Assembly (NCBI GenBank): GCA_036170915.1
Contig: JAVHQC010000022.1
Coordinates: 401,713-465,712 of the forward strand
Length of the DNA: 64,000 nt
Direction: 5' to 3'
DNA from: Cyanobacteria bacterium auto_48_18
Lineage (GTDB): Bacteria > Cyanobacteriota > Vampirovibrionia > Obscuribacterales > Obscuribacteraceae
The notes beneath the pieces were generated by a model that was not told the origin of the DNA, did no database searches, and worked only from the letters and a program-made list of their open reading frames with translations. Below, in pieces: positions 1-8,436 of this stretch; the first letter of the stretch is position 1, and the number at the start of each line of letters is the position of its first letter. The translations under genes were made by a program, and so were the position numbers.

Positions 1-588
1 GCCGAAGCGACTCGCAAATTTGTTAAAAAGGCAGGTGGTAATGCCACGTGGGATCGCCTCGCCGAATATCTGGAGCAGGCCTCGTCTGACAAAGCAATAT
101 TTGTCATCAACCGCTCATTTGACGCTTCAATCGATACGGTTTTTGAGATGTGGATTAACCCCGATCATTTGTCAAAGTGGTTGCCACCACCCGGATTTGA
201 CATGAGATGGCTCAAGTGTGACATCAAAACTGGTGGCAACTCTTTCTATTGCATGAGTAACGATGCAGGGATGAAAATGTATGGTCGTTCGCACTATTTA
301 AAAATTGAAAAACCTCAATGCATTGCATACACGCAACATTTTTGTGACGAGAACGAGAATGTTTCTCGGCATCCCATGGCTCCAACCTGGCCAGCTACAA
401 TGCTGACCACTATTTGTTTTGCCGAAGAAGGTCCTGAGCAAACCCGCGTCACTATTTCGACCGAATGTTATGGTGATACAACCCCAGAAGAACTTGCGAC
501 TTTCGTTAACGGACGAGGCGGCATGACTATCGGTTGGACAGCTTCATTCGATAAGCTTGAAGAATATTTGGTGACTGCTATCTCGTAG
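1..588 (+). CDS. SRPBCC/AHSA1 (START-like) domain protein, probably tandem domains, 5' end outside window
   Basis: Frame 1 is open from base 1 (…KKAGGNATWDRLAEYL, the end of one AHSA1 domain). It continues into FVINRSFDASIDTVFEMW…GWTASFDKLEEYL, a second AHSA1 domain. Confidence 0.85.
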   Translation, partial: AEATRKFVKKAGGNATWDRLAEYLEQASSDKAIFVINRSFDASIDTVFEMWINPDHLSKWLPPPGFDMRWLKCDIKTGGNSFYCMSNDAGMKMYGRSHYLKIEKPQCIAYTQHFCDENENVSRHPMAPTWPATMLTTICFAEEGPEQTRVTISTECYGDTTPEELATFVNGRGGMTIGWTASFDKLEEYLVTAIS

Positions 589-603
589 TCAAAGAAATTG
601 AGG

Positions 604-1989
604 TTAGCGCTCGAACAGCAAATTCACTTCTGTAGTGTCTTGCGAAGAATTTGGTGCGGCTGGGTAAGGTTCGGCTGACATGCAAGCATTCAGCGCAGCA
701 TTGTCGAATGCCTCGTCTCCGCTCGACTGAGCTATTACAAGATGCGCGATGCTTCCGTTGTTTCTGATTCCAACTACCACCTCTGCTTTGCCAGTGCCCT
801 TAACTTTCCAGGCTGCATGAGCCTTTTGACTAACTGTGACAATCCACGGCTCTAGATTCGGATCAGTAACTTTTGGCGTAGCAGTTTTATATTTGGCCAG
901 GTCTCGCATCATTTCGTCTGGGGATGGCTCCTCTATTGACTGGAGCCACTCGTCAGATTGACGCGAATCGGGCTCGATATAAGGCACCACCCAACCGTCT
1001 GAGCGAAATTTCATTGCTACAGGTGTCTTTGACCATTTGTTTTTTCGCAGTTTGTCAGAAGGCGGCGGCAAAGGCACTGCCGACAACAAGGCTGACAAGA
1101 CTTTCTGATCAAATTCGTCATTTGTTGATGTTTGAAAGATTCGGTAATTGCCAATATTTCCTGTGGAATCTACAAGAAAGCGCACGCTGCATTCAAGCAT
1201 AGGCCTGGCAGAAAAAGGTTTGAAATTTTGAATTAACCTGGCAACTAATTTTCTTGTATACGCGTCATAGTCTTCACTTGAGAGGGCGATAAGGCCGAAG
1301 GGGTAGTTGGGATCCACTTCCCGACGTTCCAGTTTTAGTATTGCATCTGGTGGTCGAAACTCATACAGCAGATGCATCGTATTAATGTCTCTTGCTGACA
1401 GCGATTTTTGTTGTCCCAGATATGGATACATAATGTCATGCGGATCCAGGCTGTGCTCGACAAGGCCAAGGGCATGACCGATTTCGTGCAAACAAATGGC
1501 GCGCATTAAGTTGTCTGTCAGAGGCCTTATGCTGCAATTTGTTTTTATGGAAATAACAGCAGAATCCATGTGGTGTGGGCTGGTTTGATAGCTAGTTAGC
1601 CCGGCTACTGAATGCTTTTCTTTGGGAAATTCTTCAACAAATTGGCAGGTGATATCGACTGGCGGTTCAGTGACATATTTAAACTTGATTTTGGATTTTG
1701 AATTGTCCTCCCATTCGGAAAAACTATTTCGCAGAATTTCTTCAAACTTTGGATTGAAGTTTGGAACGCTTGAGCTTGGCTTGATCAGGACTCTGACAGC
1801 CATATCTCGATCAAACCACCTGAATGGATGGCCTCGGGTGACTTGTTGAAAGTAATCATCTTTAGGAGCCGTATATGTTCGTGTTCTAGGAGACGGACTA
1901 ACATTTTCTGCTAAGCAGAAATTTGTCGCAGTTAGTCCACCTGAGGTGAGCACTATAAAAAGCCAGTAGATTTTCCAGGTCTTTATCAA
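604..1989 (-). CDS. Secreted matrixin-like (M10/metzincin) metalloprotease fused to two TonB/TolA C-terminal-like domains
   Basis: Signal peptide; HEIGHALGLVEH zinc motif and DIMYP Met-turn; two C-terminal repeats (S..D..FD..(V/A)L.A…P.P..P) typical of TonB_C/TolA_C. Confidence 0.8.
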   Translation of the reverse strand: MIKTWKIYWLFIVLTSGGLTATNFCLAENVSPSPRTRTYTAPKDDYFQQVTRGHPFRWFDRDMAVRVLIKPSSSVPNFNPKFEEILRNSFSEWEDNSKSKIKFKYVTEPPVDITCQFVEEFPKEKHSVAGLTSYQTSPHHMDSAVISIKTNCSIRPLTDNLMRAICLHEIGHALGLVEHSLDPHDIMYPYLGQQKSLSARDINTMHLLYEFRPPDAILKLERREVDPNYPFGLIALSSEDYDAYTRKLVARLIQNFKPFSARPMLECSVRFLVDSTGNIGNYRIFQTSTNDEFDQKVLSALLSAVPLPPPSDKLRKNKWSKTPVAMKFRSDGWVVPYIEPDSRQSDEWLQSIEEPSPDEMMRDLAKYKTATPKVTDPNLEPWIVTVSQKAHAAWKVKGTGKAEVVVGIRNNGSIAHLVIAQSSGDEAFDNAALNACMSAEPYPAAPNSSQDTTEVNLLFER

Positions 1990-1993
1990 ATAA

Positions 1994-3844
1994 CTAATTC
2001 ACCTTCGCTTCTAAACAAGCCCTGACTGCCGGTTTTGACATCAGTTCGTTTAAGGTCAGCGGTGTCTTTTCCACACGAGACAAAATCGCCCCGCAGTAAA
2101 TCCACTGCTCCTCGTTGGTTAATCCGAGATTATCGTCAAGCAGCGCAAATTCATTTTGTAAGTCATCAAGTTCTTTAGCATTGTCATTCAGCGGTGGTCT
2201 GCGCATGCGTTGAACGACATCTAGTACCAGCTTGCGCCGCTCATCGAGAGTGCTCTGAAACTTCGGGCCAATATAACTGCTTTTGTCTGCAATCATCTTG
2301 GCATAGACTTGTTCCAGCCAGCGTTCAAATTCAGAGCTGAAATTCGAAGTTTGCAATATCTTTCGCAAGCTTTCTTCAGTGACTATGCGTGGTGCAGGAG
2401 CACCCGGATAAACGTAACTGATTGCCTGACCAGCAAGCATTTTGGCAAAGCTGTCATAGTAACCCCAGGTGTTTTCTTGGCCAAGTTGCTGAGATAGTGA
2501 CGCGTTAGTTGGCGCCAGGTCTCGCAGCAGTGCGTCTCTAATAACAAATACTTCGTGCGGATTGTCATTGCAGTTGGCGATTGCTTTCAGTTTATTCTGT
2601 ACGCCGGCATGTTCACCCTTATCGATCAACAGTCCGACAACAAAACCTGAAGTTGCTTCCACCACAGTATCTCCTGCCACCCAGTAGTGCTCAGATGTGG
2701 GTGAGATTTTGTCGAAACTGGCTGCCCAGGTGGGGTCACCTGGTATCGGCTGCGCGTAGGCCATAAGTTTAGTATTGTTCCATGGCCAGCTTTTGACTTC
2801 GTTGCGCAATTGATCGCCATAATTTCCTAGAAGTACGGCGCTGACAAATTGACTGCCGAGACCAGCTCCCAGGCTGTGACCGGTGACGTAAATGTGCTCG
2901 GGGGCCGGATATTTTTGCTCAAGATATTTGCAGCATGCGGCAATTGGTCCAAGCATTGTTGGCAGTGCCTCAGCAAATCCTTCGGTCACCTTGCCGACTT
3001 TGCTTATCAAAGGCTTTTCGGTTTGTTTGCCGCCCCGAAGGTCAGTGATCCAGTCTGGGTTGCCTCGCGCCTCACCAATAAAATCTTGCGCTTTCCAAAC
3101 TGTTTTGCTCAGCGCTGAACCGCTGCGGCTGCCGCGAAAGACAATATGAGCGTCATAGCCTGTCGCGGTCTTTTTCATCAGCACAAAGCCCATGGGGCTC
3201 CAGGCCGGTTCAGACTTTCCAGCAATGCCGGTGCCGCCCTCAAAGACAATCAGGTGGTCTTCACCTGTCGGGTATTCGCGAATTTGAAAGCGCTCTACAT
3301 CGTTATAAGGATAACCGGTCGGCTGTGAGCGGTAGCGAATGCCTTCCACTGATTTGATGTTGCTGGTTATGTACGCAGGGGCAAGAACAGCTAAAAATCT
3401 TTCACCGTCGCGGTTGAAGGTTGGAAGTTTGACGTCAATCTGCTTGTAGTTCGTCAAAATTGGGTCGAGTTTTGTATTACTGTTTTGCCAGTTTCGCGCC
3501 GCATTTGGACCCGTGTAGAATCCCTGGCCAGTAGGGTTTGGCGCGCTGGCTAGCGTGGCCGCATATTCATGAGTGAAACGGCAGATGTTGTCGCGACGGT
3601 CGCTGCCCACGCGAGACATAATGTCGTACCAGGGGTCTAGTGGCAGGCACAGAGACTGGTGATAGAGCTGATAGGCTAGCGTGCATAAGTCAAGATTAAG
3701 AACAGACTCAGGCACGGCCTGTCTCGTTGACCTGGTGTCGTCTGCCGCGGCAGGGGAAGTGACACACAGGGCGAGCACTGCCCAAAACACAATGGCAAGA
3801 CTTTTATATCGCTCAAGCCTGTGCAGATGAATTGTTGTGAACAT
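1994..3844 (-). CDS. Secreted lipase class 3 family (alpha/beta hydrolase)
   Basis: Signal peptide; IVFRGS, DWITDL and IYVTGHSLGAG (GxSxG) motifs. Confidence 0.8.
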   Translation of the reverse strand: MFTTIHLHRLERYKSLAIVFWAVLALCVTSPAAADDTRSTRQAVPESVLNLDLCTLAYQLYHQSLCLPLDPWYDIMSRVGSDRRDNICRFTHEYAATLASAPNPTGQGFYTGPNAARNWQNSNTKLDPILTNYKQIDVKLPTFNRDGERFLAVLAPAYITSNIKSVEGIRYRSQPTGYPYNDVERFQIREYPTGEDHLIVFEGGTGIAGKSEPAWSPMGFVLMKKTATGYDAHIVFRGSRSGSALSKTVWKAQDFIGEARGNPDWITDLRGGKQTEKPLISKVGKVTEGFAEALPTMLGPIAACCKYLEQKYPAPEHIYVTGHSLGAGLGSQFVSAVLLGNYGDQLRNEVKSWPWNNTKLMAYAQPIPGDPTWAASFDKISPTSEHYWVAGDTVVEATSGFVVGLLIDKGEHAGVQNKLKAIANCNDNPHEVFVIRDALLRDLAPTNASLSQQLGQENTWGYYDSFAKMLAGQAISYVYPGAPAPRIVTEESLRKILQTSNFSSEFERWLEQVYAKMIADKSSYIGPKFQSTLDERRKLVLDVVQRMRRPPLNDNAKELDDLQNEFALLDDNLGLTNEEQWIYCGAILSRVEKTPLTLNELMSKPAVRACLEAKVN

Positions 3845-3890
3845 CGTAGTCTTCCGTGATTAGAAACAATAATTTAGCAAGCGTTACCAA

Positions 3891-6488
3891 CTAAAAACCC
3901 TTTTGCTTCTCCGCGAATGCCATAGCTACTTTTAGTTTCTCTAGATGTTGATCTACTGTTTTTTGTCCACCGGCAAATTCGTAGCCATCAAAGAAAGCAA
4001 AGACTTCTTTGGCCAGGTCGGCGTCAATCAAACCGGTGACACCTTCAACCAGCCTGGTGATAATCAAGCTGGGGTAGGTTTTGTTAATTTGCTCCCAGTT
4101 GCCTTTAACAAATTTCCAGCTCACTTGCCTGCCCCGAGGGTTGAGCATAATGTTGCGCACCAGATATGGAGCGTTCTGCCCTTTAACTTCACCGGCAAGA
4201 GTTTTGGCCATTGTTTTTTGCAGCAGTTCTTCTTGCTGGAATTGACCCAGGGCGTACATATAACGCTCTTGCTCTTGTGGCGAGCTGCCGTTCTTGAATA
4301 GAGTTTCAAATTGCTCATAGCGCTTTTGGTCGCCTGTGTGAGCAAGAATTGTCACTACCGAAGAAAGCACATCTGGCGGCAAAATCTTCTCGCCACTCAA
4401 GTGCTTGTCGTATAGCAGGGCCGCTTGCTCTTGAATGGCTGTGTCACCACCAGTAGTGCCGAGAGTCAAAATGGCGATGCCTCTTAGTTGTTTAGTCAGC
4501 TCACTTTCGCCGTCGGTTGCTTCCCAGCCCAGGCGCTTGTAGGTAGGGCCAAGGAGCTCCCTGGCCAGCTCTTTAACTTTCGCATTCTGCTGAGGGTTTG
4601 CATCAAATATTCTCTCGCAATATTGAAGCGCTGAAACTATGACTGTCCAGACATTTTTGTCTGGTTCATCTTTAAATAGCTTGACCAACTGGAAGAAATC
4701 ATTCAGCGCCACGGTGCCATTGATAGTCAGTGCCCACAAATCGCTCACCAGATTAAAGCGCTCCAGTGTACTCAAACTGTTGCCAGCGCCTGTGCTGTCG
4801 CTATAGCTGTTTGCCAGCAGAGTCTTCATGGCAGCAAGCAAGTCGCTACTGTAATCTACGCGATAAAATCCGCTGCCGCCGGCGTTGACGATTACCCATT
4901 CAATGGCACCACTGCCTATAGTTACTTCTGTCTTTTTCTCTGTTAAAAGCAAACGCTGCTCCACCAGAGTGCTGTCACCTTTCATTTTCGCTTTCAGTAG
5001 TATCGGCACCTGATAGCATTCTTTAGCATCACCATCAAGATACAAAAATCGTCTCTGGCTGATTGTCAGTTTATTATTTTCACCGGCTAAAGTTACGCTG
5101 ATGAGCGGGTAGCCCTCCTGGAAGATCCATGAGTTCATAATTTCTTGCACAGGCTCTTGAGACGCAGAAGCAAGGGCCAGCCAGAGATCGTTAGTTTCAG
5201 TATTAGCGTGTTTGTGCTTATTCAGATAACTGTTGACACCGCTTTTGAATTTCTCGGCACCGATATACTGTTCCAGCATGCGCAATACTGATGCGCCTTT
5301 TTCATAAGTAAGCACATCAAACATGCCATTGGCTTCTTCAGGTGCGCGCACCGGAAATTCAATTGGTCTGGTTGCGCGCAGGCCGTCTGTGGCAAATGCC
5401 ATGGCGCGTGATACACCAAAAGTTTCCCATCTTTTCCATTGTGGTTTGAAATTATCTACTGCCACCAGTTCCATAAAAGTAGCAAATGCTTCGTTCAACC
5501 AGATGCCATTCCACCATTTCATAGTGGTTAGATTGCCGAACCACATGTGCGCGAGTTCATGCGCCACTACGTCGGCAATGCGCTCTAGTTCAGCGTGAGA
5601 GGCCTGTTCTGTGTCAACCAGCAAGGCGCTTTCGCGATAGATAACAGCGCCTAAATTTTCCATGGCACCAAAGGCAAAATCAGGTACTGCGATCATATCC
5701 ATTTTATCGCCTGGATATTTGATGCCATAATATTTGTTGAAAAATGACAGAGCCGCCGCACCAATTTCTAAGGCAAATTTGGTCAAGTGCAGTTTACCCA
5801 TAGGCGAGTAAATGCGCATAGGAATGCCATCTACCATCACCGCTTCGCTTGCCTCTAATTTTCCGACAATGAATGCCACTATATAAGTGGACATTTTCAT
5901 GGTTTCTTTGAAGGTTATAGTTTTCTTGCCGTAGTCATCGACAGTTTCATTTTCAACGGCAGTATTCGACAGAGCTGTCAAATCTTGGTCGACATACAAA
6001 GTTAGCTTGAATGTGGCCTTGAAAGCCGGTTCATCAAAGCAAGGAAAGGCACGTCTGGCGTCGGTTGCTTCAAATTGCGTCAGCGCTATCCAGCTTTTTT
6101 CACCATCGCTTAGTGTTTGGGCGCTGCGATAAAATCCGCGCAATTTGTCATTTATTTCGCCCGCAAATTGAATATTTAATTGCCAGCTGCCGGCACTCAA
6201 TTCGGCGTTGAAAGTTAGAGTCGCTCTCTCGGTCGCAGTGTCAATTTGAGCAACACCCGGCACGATGACGCCGTCTTGTTCGGCCGTGACACTGTCGATG
6301 GTGAGATCAAGAGCATTGAGCAAAATTGTTTTTGTTGCCGATGCAACGTTGACCTCGATAGTTTCGCTACCGGTAAAAGTGAAAGTCGCAAGATCAGGCT
6401 TGAGGCTAATGGCATAGCGCTCTGGTATCACCACCGACGGAAGGCGATATGACTTTTCTTTTTCCAGCGTGGCTTGATCTTTCGACAT
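3891..6488 (-). CDS. pepN: M1 family aminopeptidase (aminopeptidase N / puromycin-sensitive type)
   Basis: GAMEN motif, HELAH-x18-E zinc motif, YEKGASVLRML, ERAP1-like C-terminal domain; 865 aa. Confidence 0.93.
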   Translation of the reverse strand: MSKDQATLEKEKSYRLPSVVIPERYAISLKPDLATFTFTGSETIEVNVASATKTILLNALDLTIDSVTAEQDGVIVPGVAQIDTATERATLTFNAELSAGSWQLNIQFAGEINDKLRGFYRSAQTLSDGEKSWIALTQFEATDARRAFPCFDEPAFKATFKLTLYVDQDLTALSNTAVENETVDDYGKKTITFKETMKMSTYIVAFIVGKLEASEAVMVDGIPMRIYSPMGKLHLTKFALEIGAAALSFFNKYYGIKYPGDKMDMIAVPDFAFGAMENLGAVIYRESALLVDTEQASHAELERIADVVAHELAHMWFGNLTTMKWWNGIWLNEAFATFMELVAVDNFKPQWKRWETFGVSRAMAFATDGLRATRPIEFPVRAPEEANGMFDVLTYEKGASVLRMLEQYIGAEKFKSGVNSYLNKHKHANTETNDLWLALASASQEPVQEIMNSWIFQEGYPLISVTLAGENNKLTISQRRFLYLDGDAKECYQVPILLKAKMKGDSTLVEQRLLLTEKKTEVTIGSGAIEWVIVNAGGSGFYRVDYSSDLLAAMKTLLANSYSDSTGAGNSLSTLERFNLVSDLWALTINGTVALNDFFQLVKLFKDEPDKNVWTVIVSALQYCERIFDANPQQNAKVKELARELLGPTYKRLGWEATDGESELTKQLRGIAILTLGTTGGDTAIQEQAALLYDKHLSGEKILPPDVLSSVVTILAHTGDQKRYEQFETLFKNGSSPQEQERYMYALGQFQQEELLQKTMAKTLAGEVKGQNAPYLVRNIMLNPRGRQVSWKFVKGNWEQINKTYPSLIITRLVEGVTGLIDADLAKEVFAFFDGYEFAGGQKTVDQHLEKLKVAMAFAEKQKGF

Positions 6489-6585
6489 TTAAACAGTTCT
6501 CCCTCAATAGCGGAAGGCATGATATCACGCCGTTTTAGCTATCGAGGGAGAACCTTGAATTATTTGATTGAAAAAGGCGAGTTAA

Positions 6586-7029
6586 TTAAATACCCAGATA
6601 TCTGCGCACTTGTGTGAATACGCCTGGGTTGTTGGTGTGAACATAATCTAGAAATTCTGGATTGTTGTAAGTTCTCCAGCTGTAGTCGCCGTAGTAGTTA
6701 TTGTGGTGATAAGAATTCCACTGAGCTCTGAGCTGGTCATTCATGGCCTTGCGCTCGGCTTTGGACAAACGAGCTGAAGAGTAGCGGTTCCAGTGGTTGG
6801 CAAGGTAAGCTTTTTGCTCGTTCCAATCTGATGGATAAGCGGCGAGATGGTGGCGCTTGTATGCTTCTTTAAGTTCTTTGCGTTGCCAATGCTTCATTTG
6901 ACCGCGTTTATAGCCATAGTGGTCATAATCGCGGTGATCCCAGTCGTCATGATCGGCCATTGCCGGAGCAATTGCTCCACCAAACACCAATACTGTGGCA
7001 ATCAATTTGATAGTTACTTTGTACAACAT
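6586..7029 (-). CDS. Small secreted His/Asp/Asn-rich protein, paralog 1 of 3
   Basis: Signal peptide ending AMA|DHDD; C-terminal YNNPEFLDYVHTNNP..FTQVRRY shared with the two neighbours; GGAG RBS. Confidence 0.85.
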   Translation of the reverse strand: MLYKVTIKLIATVLVFGGAIAPAMADHDDWDHRDYDHYGYKRGQMKHWQRKELKEAYKRHHLAAYPSDWNEQKAYLANHWNRYSSARLSKAERKAMNDQLRAQWNSYHHNNYYGDYSWRTYNNPEFLDYVHTNNPGVFTQVRRYLGI

Positions 7030-7130
7030 GTTTACTCCAGAGAAGTTTGAAATAATTGAGTTTCAAAGCGTTAGCCGAAATTGTCTGGTTATTCTAACCT
7101 GCACAGTCAAATACTTAATTGCCGCACCAA

Positions 7131-7165
7131 AATCCCTCAATGATGCATTCGATCATTGAGGGATT
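7131..7165 (-). terminator. 14-bp perfect hairpin, likely intrinsic terminator between paralogs 2 and 1
   Basis: AATCCCTCAATGAT-gcattcg-ATCATTGAGGGATT, ending in a short T run on the minus strand, about 45 nt downstream of the 7210 stop. Confidence 0.65.
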
Positions 7166-7209
7166 ACTGACTTTGACCGCTGGGCGATCAATTTCTATTA
7201 TGCGGTGAA

Positions 7210-7650
7210 CTAAAATCCTAGATACGAGCGCACTTGCGTGAACGTACTAGGATTGTTGTTGTGCATATAGTCTAAGAACTGCGGATTGTTATAAGTGTTC
7301 CAATTGTAGGAGCCATGATAGTTCGGATTGAATGAGCTGTATTGGGTGCGCATTTGTTGTTCAAGAGCTCGGCGTTGAGCGGCGGAATAACTGTTATTGC
7401 GGTGACTCCAATTTCTGGAATAAAACGATCTTTGACTATTCCAATCGCTGGGAAAATTATTGTTGTTGTTACGGGCAGCGCGTCTCATTTGTTGTTTGTA
7501 TTTTTGTTTATGCCAGCCGCGGTGATTGCCATTGCCATTGCCATTGTTCCAACGGCGATCATCATCATCGTGGTCGGCCATTGCTGGTGTAATTGATGCT
7601 GCAAGCATAATTACGCTGGCGAATATCTTCAGTGTTCCAAATTTAGACAT
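7210..7650 (-). CDS. Small secreted His/Asp/Asn-rich protein, paralog 2 of 3
   Basis: Signal peptide AMA|DHDDDD; NG and N runs; same C-terminal motif; GGAGG RBS. Confidence 0.85.
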   Translation of the reverse strand: MSKFGTLKIFASVIMLAASITPAMADHDDDDRRWNNGNGNGNHRGWHKQKYKQQMRRAARNNNNNFPSDWNSQRSFYSRNWSHRNNSYSAAQRRALEQQMRTQYSSFNPNYHGSYNWNTYNNPQFLDYMHNNNPSTFTQVRSYLGF

Positions 7651-7775
7651 GTGTCCTCCAGATAGTTACTTAGTTGTCAAACGAGTGGTCGATTTGATGT
7701 TTTGGTTGTTATGTTTTTGACGGCAGTCCAGACAGTAAGGTTCCTGTCGGCACTGCTTGTGAAAAATTAAAAATC

Positions 7776-8219
7776 TTAATTGCTGATGTAGCGCCTTACT
7801 TGCGTGAACAGGTTCGGATTATTAGTGTGCACATAGTCAAAGAATTCCGGATTGTTGTAAGTGTTCCAGTCATATGAGCCCGTGTAAGTGTTTTTGTGAT
7901 AGGCATTCCAGGAATTTTTCATTTCTAGCTCAAGCGCTGCGCTGTCTGCGGCCGCGAAACTAGGATTGCGATGACCCCAGTTGTTAGAGAAATAAACTCT
8001 CTGACCGTTCCAGTCGTGTGGATAGACTGTTGTGGTGGTGACAGTGCCGTTGGATTGTTGCATGCGTGCTTGTTTATGCCAAAAGTGTTTACTGTGGCGG
8101 CGCTCGTGATGGTCGCGATGATCATTGTCGTCATGGTCATGATCGGCCATGGCGGGTGTGACAGAGGCGGCAAGCACCAGAGCTGCAGCAACCATCTTCA
8201 ATGTTTCAAATTTAGACAT
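7776..8219 (-). CDS. Small secreted His/Asp/Asn-rich protein, paralog 3 of 3
   Basis: Signal peptide AMA|DHDHDD; same C-terminal motif; GGAG RBS. Confidence 0.85.
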   Translation of the reverse strand: MSKFETLKMVAAALVLAASVTPAMADHDHDDNDHRDHHERRHSKHFWHKQARMQQSNGTVTTTTVYPHDWNGQRVYFSNNWGHRNPSFAAADSAALELEMKNSWNAYHKNTYTGSYDWNTYNNPEFFDYVHTNNPNLFTQVRRYISN

Positions 8220-8436
8220 GTAATCTCCAACGTGAATTAACAGTTGTCAAACTATCCGCTTGCGCGGTATTTGCTTTATGTTTTGCACGCCGACGGCCCA
8301 TACGCTCGAACGTTCCGTAAACTTTGATGTCTCTGCCGCGAAGATAACCTTTAAGGCTTAAAGCAATAAAGGGCTTAAAGCGTTAGCATAGAGGCCGCGT
8401 ATATTCGTCTTTAATCAGTCAGGAGCTAGTAAAGCT

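Noticed and set aside
7672..7682. TTGACA on the minus strand as a -35 box for the paralogs
   Set aside because: Too close to the ATG; the -10 position would fall on the RBS.
8307..8316. CGAACGTTCC resembling the TetR operator core
   Set aside because: Only the core matches (9/10) and the flanking arms are absent.
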